From the NCBI GenBank assembly GCA_964652475.1, contig CAZZCK010000005.1, forward strand, positions 1,658 to 61,557: 59,900 nt of DNA, read 5' to 3'. Below the pieces are notes generated by a model. That model saw nothing but the letters and a program-made list of their open reading frames with translations, was not told the DNA's origin and searched no databases. This DNA comes from an uncultured Azospirillum sp. (GTDB lineage Bacteria; Pseudomonadota; Alphaproteobacteria; Rickettsiales; UBA3002). Positions within the stretch are counted from its first letter, which is position 1. The number at the start of each line of letters is the position of its first letter. Shown piece after piece: positions 54,847 to 59,900 of the stretch. The translations under genes and the position numbers were made by a program.

Positions 54847-56061
54847 ATGGCAGATTCTCAAGACATCGCTAAAAAGAAAAAAAAGCAAGAAGAGGAAGAC
54901 AAGAGCTTTCTCGCTTCTTTGATCAACGGTTTTGGTAAAATTTTTTCAGGTGAGAACAACGATTCTCCCATTGCTGGCTTTGTAAAGGCCATCCTTTCAT
55001 TTCTGAAAAATCTCTTCGATGGCGATGAAGACCTCGATTTCGAAGATGCAAAAACGAAAGAAGATGGGGTAAATGCCAGAACTGAATACGATACAACGCG
55101 GCGTCAGCGCGAAGAGGTGCAGTATAAAGAATATCGCACTCCTGCCGCCAAACGCATCAATGCTGGGACTCTTGCGCAAGCGGTGCGCGATGTAGCGCAG
55201 ATGCGTGCCGAGGCCGAAGCACAAGGCAAGCATTACGAACCAATTGAACCTGTCGAAAATATGCGTCGTATGTCAGAATTTGGGATGCGCACGCACCCAC
55301 TTTATGGCGATCGACGGATGCATCAAGGCGTGGATATTGCTTCAGACACTCCCGGCAAAAAAGTGCCGATCAAAGCGATTATGCCCGGTGTGGTGATCGA
55401 TGTACGCTTTAGCGATAGCTACGGGCTGGTTGTCGAAATGCTGGATATCAACCAGAAACGCCACTTCTTCGCGCATAACGATTCCGTATCGGTCAAAATT
55501 GGTCAGAAGGTCGATCAGGGGCAGCAGCTCGCTGTCATGGGGAAAACCGGCAAAGCAGATGGAGTTCACACCCATTACGAACTGCGTAATAAAGACGGTG
55601 TCCGTGAAGACCCTATGAAGCAATTCGCTGGTCAAAAAATTGAGACCGTTGTTGTCACGGGCAATAACCACGATCACGGAGATGAGGGCACTAAACCCAC
55701 ACCAAAACCTCACGCATTCGCTGGACTCCCTGTGCCACCCCTTGCCTGGAATGGCGCACTCACTCAACCAAACACGGCATCCCCCAAAGTTAACAAGCCA
55801 CCGACAATCGACCCGGATGCACCTAAACCTGCCCCTACTTCATTAGCGGCAGCTACTGCGAAGCCTCTTACCAAGCCAGCGGCTAAACCACCCGTACCAC
55901 CGGAAGATAAAAATGGTGGGAATGTTGCTGAGACAGCATTAGCAAGTGCTCGCGCTGCCGCAGCTTCTGTAACAACAAGACTCGCTGACGCAGGCAGCTC
56001 AATGGTAACTACTGCAAATAGGCTATTAAACAAAATCAGCTCAAATATTCGCCTCGGTTAG
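54847..56061 (+). CDS. M23 metallopeptidase domain protein with a charged/amphipathic N-terminus and Pro/Ala-rich C-terminus; no signal peptide
   Basis: HQGVDIASDTPG and GKTGKADGVHTHYEL motifs. The N-terminus is MADSQDIAKKKKKQEEEDKSFLASLINGFGKIFSG...IAGFVKAILSFLKNLF. Confidence 0.75.
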   Translation: MADSQDIAKKKKKQEEEDKSFLASLINGFGKIFSGENNDSPIAGFVKAILSFLKNLFDGDEDLDFEDAKTKEDGVNARTEYDTTRRQREEVQYKEYRTPAAKRINAGTLAQAVRDVAQMRAEAEAQGKHYEPIEPVENMRRMSEFGMRTHPLYGDRRMHQGVDIASDTPGKKVPIKAIMPGVVIDVRFSDSYGLVVEMLDINQKRHFFAHNDSVSVKIGQKVDQGQQLAVMGKTGKADGVHTHYELRNKDGVREDPMKQFAGQKIETVVVTGNNHDHGDEGTKPTPKPHAFAGLPVPPLAWNGALTQPNTASPKVNKPPTIDPDAPKPAPTSLAAATAKPLTKPAAKPPVPPEDKNGGNVAETALASARAAAASVTTRLADAGSSMVTTANRLLNKISSNIRLG

Positions 56062-56153
56062 CGCTGCTGCCCCATCCAGCTATCTTTCCCATCCCCCATC
56101 CTTTTTCATTGCTGCTTTGCGTGCAAACGCTATCATGCGCGCATAATCATGCG

Positions 56154-56180
56154 GTCATCCCGGGATACACCCGGGATGAC
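56154..56180. repeat. Solo family A hairpin just upstream of purB
   Basis: gtcatcccggg-atacac-ccgggatgac. Confidence 0.8.
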
Positions 56181-56202
56181 CGTTCCAACGATGAGTGTGC
56201 CG

Positions 56203-57510
56203 ATGATCCCCCGTTATTCACGCCCCGAGATGGTCGCCATTTGGCAGCCGGCCACGCGTTTTCAGATTTGGTTCGAGATTGAGGCCCACGCCGCCGACGC
56301 GATGGCCGAGCTTGGGGTCATCCCCGCCGCTGCCGCCAAAGCCATCTGGGCGCGCGCACCGAAGGCCTATGACGATGCCGCCGTCGCGCGGATTGACGAA
56401 ATCGAGGCCACCACCAAACATGACGTGATTGCCTTTCTCACCTACGTCACCGAGCAGGTGGGCGAAGAAGCGCGGTTTTTGCACCAGGGGATGACGAGTT
56501 CGGACGTGCTGGATACCGCACTCGCTGTGCAGCTCGCGCGCGCGAGCGACCTGTTATTGGCGGGGATTGATCGGGTGCTCGCCGCCCTCAAAACCCGCGC
56601 GTTTGAAACCAAAAACATGGTGGTGATGGGGCGCAGCCACGGCATTCACGCCGAGCCGGTGACGATGGGTATTAAATTCGCCCGGTTTTACGCGGAGTTC
56701 GCGCGCAACCGCGAGCGTTTATTGAGCGCGCGTAAAGAGATTGCCACCTGCGCGATCTCGGGTGCGGTGGGCACCTTCGCGAATGTCGACCCGCGCGTTG
56801 AAGCGCATGTCGCCGCCAAAATGGGCCTGGGCGTGGAGCCAGTTTCGACCCAAGTGATTCCGCGTGATCGCCACGCCATGTTTTTTGCGACGCTTGGGGT
56901 GATTGCCTCGAGCATCGAGAATATTGCCACCGAAATTCGCCATATGCAGCGCACCGAAGTGCTCGAGGCCGAGGAGTTTTTCAGCAAGGGCCAGAAGGGC
57001 TCGAGCGCGATGCCGCATAAGCGTAACCCGGTGCTGAGCGAGAACTTGACGGGCCTTGCCCGCATCGTGCGTGGCTATGTCACCCCGGCACTCGAGAATG
57101 TGGCGCTGTGGCATGAGCGCGATATTTCGCATAGTTCGGTGGAACGCATGATCGCTCCGGATGCGACGATTACGCTGGATTTTGCGCTGAGCCGCCTCGC
57201 GGGCTTGGTCGAAAAACTGGTGGTCTACCCCGAACATGCCGAGGCGAACCTCAACAAGCTCGGTGGCCTGATTTTCAGCCAGCGCGTGTTGCTCGCCCTC
57301 ACGCAAAAAGGCATGAGCCGCGAAGCCTCCTACGAAGCCGTGCAGCGCAACGCCATGAAGGTTTGGCTTGAAGGTGCAAACTTTTTACATGAGCTAAAAA
57401 AAGACCCGGCCATTGGCGAAAAACTGAGCACGGATGAGTTATGCGCGCTGTTCGACACCGCCTACCACACCAAGCATGTGGATACGATTTTTAGCCGGGT
57501 TTTTGGGTAG
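56203..57510 (+). CDS. purB: Adenylosuccinate lyase
   Basis: MIPRYSRPEM start and the fumarate-lyase signature GSSAMPHKRNP. Confidence 0.94.
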   Translation: MIPRYSRPEMVAIWQPATRFQIWFEIEAHAADAMAELGVIPAAAAKAIWARAPKAYDDAAVARIDEIEATTKHDVIAFLTYVTEQVGEEARFLHQGMTSSDVLDTALAVQLARASDLLLAGIDRVLAALKTRAFETKNMVVMGRSHGIHAEPVTMGIKFARFYAEFARNRERLLSARKEIATCAISGAVGTFANVDPRVEAHVAAKMGLGVEPVSTQVIPRDRHAMFFATLGVIASSIENIATEIRHMQRTEVLEAEEFFSKGQKGSSAMPHKRNPVLSENLTGLARIVRGYVTPALENVALWHERDISHSSVERMIAPDATITLDFALSRLAGLVEKLVVYPEHAEANLNKLGGLIFSQRVLLALTQKGMSREASYEAVQRNAMKVWLEGANFLHELKKDPAIGEKLSTDELCALFDTAYHTKHVDTIFSRVFG

Positions 57511-57556
57511 CGGCAGGGTGTTCAGTAGTTAGGTTTATGTAAACGTAACCACGTGC

Positions 57557-57653
57557 GTCATTGCGAGCAACGCGAAGCAATCCAGCAAGAAATAATACTT
57601 GCGCCAAAGGCCAGCTGGATTGCTTCGGCCTTTAAGAGGGCCTCGCAATGACG
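57557..57653. repeat. Family C nested palindromic element (gtcattgcgag...ctcgcaatgac)
   Basis: 12-bp terminal inverted repeats cgtcattgcgag / ctcgcaatgacg and inner inverted repeats gcaatccagc / gctggattgc. Confidence 0.85.
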
Positions 57654-57681
57654 GTGAGGAAAATATACACATGAGGTATTA

Positions 57682-57969
57682 ATGAAGCAGCCGGCAGTCT
57701 ATATAATGGCTAGCAAGCGTAACGGAACCCTCTACACGGGCGTTACCAGTAATCTTATCGCCAGAGATTACCAGCATAAGTCTGGCGAAATTGTAGGTTT
57801 TACGAAACGCTATGGATGTAAAATACTCGTATGGTATGAGCTGCATGAAACGATGGAATCCGCTATTCTTCGCGAGAAGCAAATTAAAGGTGGCTCTCGC
57901 AAAAAGAAGCTGTCGCTGATTGAAAAAGATAATCCAGAGTGGCGAGATTTATCCGAGGATTTATTTTAG
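57682..57969 (+). CDS. Small GIY-YIG nuclease family protein
   Basis: 95 aa with AVYIMASKRNGTLYTGVTSNLIARDYQHK (GIY-YIG pattern) and REKQIKG. Confidence 0.82.
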   Translation: MKQPAVYIMASKRNGTLYTGVTSNLIARDYQHKSGEIVGFTKRYGCKILVWYELHETMESAILREKQIKGGSRKKKLSLIEKDNPEWRDLSEDLF

Positions 57970-58005
57970 CTGGATTGCTTCGGCCCAAAGGCCTCGCAAT
58001 GACGG
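57969..58005. repeat. Duplicated right half of the family C element
   Basis: gctggattgcttcggcccaaaggcctcgcaatgacgg repeats 57613-57655 (gctggattgcttcggcctttaagagggcctcgcaatgacgg). Confidence 0.85.
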
Positions 58006-58049
58006 AGTGCGAGGCCGTACCTTGCATCAAAAGGGCCGCGCGGAGTATT

Positions 58050-58574
58050 CTAACCCTTCCGCTCCCGCCGCTTTAACATAACATACACCACATAGGCCCC
58101 CGCCATTTTACTGGCAATGGCGGTGACAATCGTGCTGATGGTGAATACGCCCGCCACACTAAAACTCGCCAGATACCAAAACCCGACCGTATCGAGCGGT
58201 GCGCCGATGGCGGAAGAGATAAGTACGCGCTGTGATAATGGGCGTTTGCTGATGGTAAACACCCACCAATCGACGATTTCGCTGATGGCGAAGGCCAGCG
58301 CGCTGGCCACCGCAATCGCCGGTGGAGCCATGGCGAACGAGATCACGATGCCGATCAGCAGCGGAATAAAAATGCGATGTCCGACCTCGCGCTGGGCAAA
58401 ATCGCGCACCACCAGAATCAACCCGGTGACGACGGCCATGGGCGACCAGGCGCCGCCATCCCACAACGCAAACGTCGGCACATGGGCGAATGACCAGTTG
58501 ACGAGAGGAATGAGAGCCACATACACATACACCCAGCGCCAGGACGAAGCTGGCGTAACTTTTTGAGCAACCAT
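58050..58574 (-). CDS. VUT family membrane protein (YhhQ-like queuosine-precursor transporter candidate)
   Basis: Polytopic ~175-aa protein. The pattern IPLVNWSFA...LILVVRDFAQREVG...AFAISEIVDWWVF resembles DUF165/VUT proteins, recalled from memory. Confidence 0.65.
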   Translation of the reverse strand: MVAQKVTPASSWRWVYVYVALIPLVNWSFAHVPTFALWDGGAWSPMAVVTGLILVVRDFAQREVGHRIFIPLLIGIVISFAMAPPAIAVASALAFAISEIVDWWVFTISKRPLSQRVLISSAIGAPLDTVGFWYLASFSVAGVFTISTIVTAIASKMAGAYVVYVMLKRRERKG

Positions 58575-58583
58575 GGAGCACCT

Positions 58584-59006
58584 ATGACACGTGGATTCGA
58601 GTTGGATCACCGCTTAGCGAAGGATAGCCACGATATCACCAACCTGCCATTATGCAATGTGCGTTTGATGGACAATAAGTGCTTCCCCTGGCTGGTGCTC
58701 ATTCCGCGGGTGGGGGATGCCTCGGAGTGGATCGATTTGGCCCGCGAAGATCAGCACCGCTTGAGCGACGAAATCGCCATTGTCAGCCATGTGCTGCAAG
58801 CGCTGGTGACGCCCGACAAGCTGAATGTCGCCGCCCTGGGCAATCAGGTTTCCCAGCTGCATGTGCACCTCATCGCCCGCTATAAGGCGGATGCGGCCTG
58901 GCCTAAACCCATCTGGGGTGGGGCGGAGGAGCCGTATAGCGAAGCCGAATCCCGCAAATTCATCTACGAACTCAAATCCGCGCTCGATTCGTTGCAGTTG
59001 GGTTGA
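58584..59006 (+). CDS. HIT family protein
   Basis: Histidine triad QLHVHLIARY, 140 aa. Confidence 0.85.
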   Translation: MTRGFELDHRLAKDSHDITNLPLCNVRLMDNKCFPWLVLIPRVGDASEWIDLAREDQHRLSDEIAIVSHVLQALVTPDKLNVAALGNQVSQLHVHLIARYKADAAWPKPIWGGAEEPYSEAESRKFIYELKSALDSLQLG

Positions 59007-59063
59007 ATCTTCACAAAACAATAATAATCAACGGCTAAGTAAATATGCTACTATACAATCGCT

Positions 59064-59603
59064 ATGGCTCCTGTAACAAAAGATGGATTATCACAAGCGA
59101 CTTCTGGCCAATGCTTATTTGATAAGCTGGCTAACTGCCACGAAACAGCGCAGGATATCCGGGAGTCGGTTGCCCAATTACCTGAAAAAGTAAGAGAAGA
59201 TTATATCAGGCATGTGTATTCAAAAATTTCTAGCTTAGACAAGCAAGGAAGCTTAAATATGCAACGATTAAAGACTGATATTGAAAAAATGATAAGATTT
59301 TGTGTTCGAAGCGATCAAAATAGCGATGAATTTGCTTTAGAATACCCGAAAAAGATTCAGAAAAGATTATTTTATGTTGGTATAGGCTTAGGTTTACCGC
59401 ATCACAAGCGGTACGATCAAGATAGGCATCCGATCATAGTTGCACTAGAAACTTGTTTAATAAATTTGAACCAGGAAATTCCGTTAAGTCGCCATCGCAT
59501 AGAAATGAACAGTAGAAGTGTCGCAGCAACTGCGCCATTGCGATCTCATACCGGTGCTGAACTACTCTCACAACTATTGAAGAATGAAGCTCTTGCTGTC
59601 TGA
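59064..59603 (+). CDS. Hypothetical protein (AT-rich orphan gene)
   Basis: 179-aa hydrophilic ORF, much AT-richer than the flanks. No motif was recognised. Confidence 0.45.
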   Translation: MAPVTKDGLSQATSGQCLFDKLANCHETAQDIRESVAQLPEKVREDYIRHVYSKISSLDKQGSLNMQRLKTDIEKMIRFCVRSDQNSDEFALEYPKKIQKRLFYVGIGLGLPHHKRYDQDRHPIIVALETCLINLNQEIPLSRHRIEMNSRSVAATAPLRSHTGAELLSQLLKNEALAV

Positions 59604-59682
59604 ATTTGATTATTTGCCAATGATTATTGGAATCACTTAACACCGCCAAACTTTTGGCAAAGCAACTCAGGCGAATTCAATC

Positions 59683-59765
59683 TGTCACCCCGTCGAATGA
59701 CGGGGTCTCGCGCACTGCATGAGAAAAGCAACGTGCACGGATGCCGTCATACGACGGCATGACAG
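59683..59765. repeat. Family D palindromic element (tgtcaccccgtc...gacggcatgaca)
   Basis: Two hairpins, caccccgtc-gaatgac-ggggt and gccgtc-atac-gacggc, bounded by tgtca...tgaca. Confidence 0.75.
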
Positions 59766-59803
59766 ATTGGGAGTCTTTTGAGAAAGCTTGCCTTCCAGCA
59801 CCC

Positions 59804-59831
59804 TTGACACCGCCGAACTTTTGGTTAGATT
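59804..59831 (+). promoter_or_regulatory. Sigma-70-like promoter for the downstream tRNA
   Basis: TTGACA, a 16-nt spacer, TAGATT, then a GC-rich discriminator gcgcgccc about 20 nt before the tRNA 5' end. Confidence 0.5.
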
Positions 59832-59850
59832 GCGCGCCCAACCTAAGGGC

Positions 59851-59900
59851 GGCTCGGTAGCTCAGTGGTAGAGCAGGGGAATCATAATCCCTTGGTCGGG
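59851..59900 (+). tRNA. tRNA with CAU anticodon (Met or lysidine-modified Ile2), truncated by the window end
   Basis: ggctcggtagctcagtggtagagcagggga-atCATaa-tccct. Only the 5' two thirds are present. Confidence 0.8.

Overview
The window looks like a moderately GC-rich chromosomal segment from an alphaproteobacterium. The evidence is an alpha-type addB, phaR next to phaC, a system I ccm pathway, a holB-metG-tatD cluster and glnBA. Most of it is housekeeping: dapA, smpB, acnA, metG, holB, nhaA, pyrD, ccmAB and ccmDEFGH, glnB-glnA, gpsA, type 2 ileS, serA, purB, and tRNAs Pro, Ser, His plus a partial CAU tRNA.

Three things stand out.

1. A large convergent type IV pilus / MSHA-like supercluster spans about 21.8-32.9 kb. 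One arm is TPR-pilT-pilU. The other is one tightly coupled operon: pilB(mshE-like)-pilC, three unassigned envelope genes, then an orphan ABC ATPase. No secretin, prepilin peptidase or pilin lies in the cluster. The only pilin gene is about 12 kb away.

2. Nested palindromic repeat elements with GTCAT...ATGAC termini are scattered through the window. Three copies are translated in frame inside phaC and the essential ileS, as with Rickettsia palindromic elements. One element carries a nested GIY-YIG nuclease cassette.

3. Several AT-richer orphan genes or gene pairs interrupt conserved syntenic blocks and could be accessory or effector genes.

No CRISPR array, transposase, integrase or recognisable prophage was seen. 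All function calls rest on motif recognition by eye, not on database searches.
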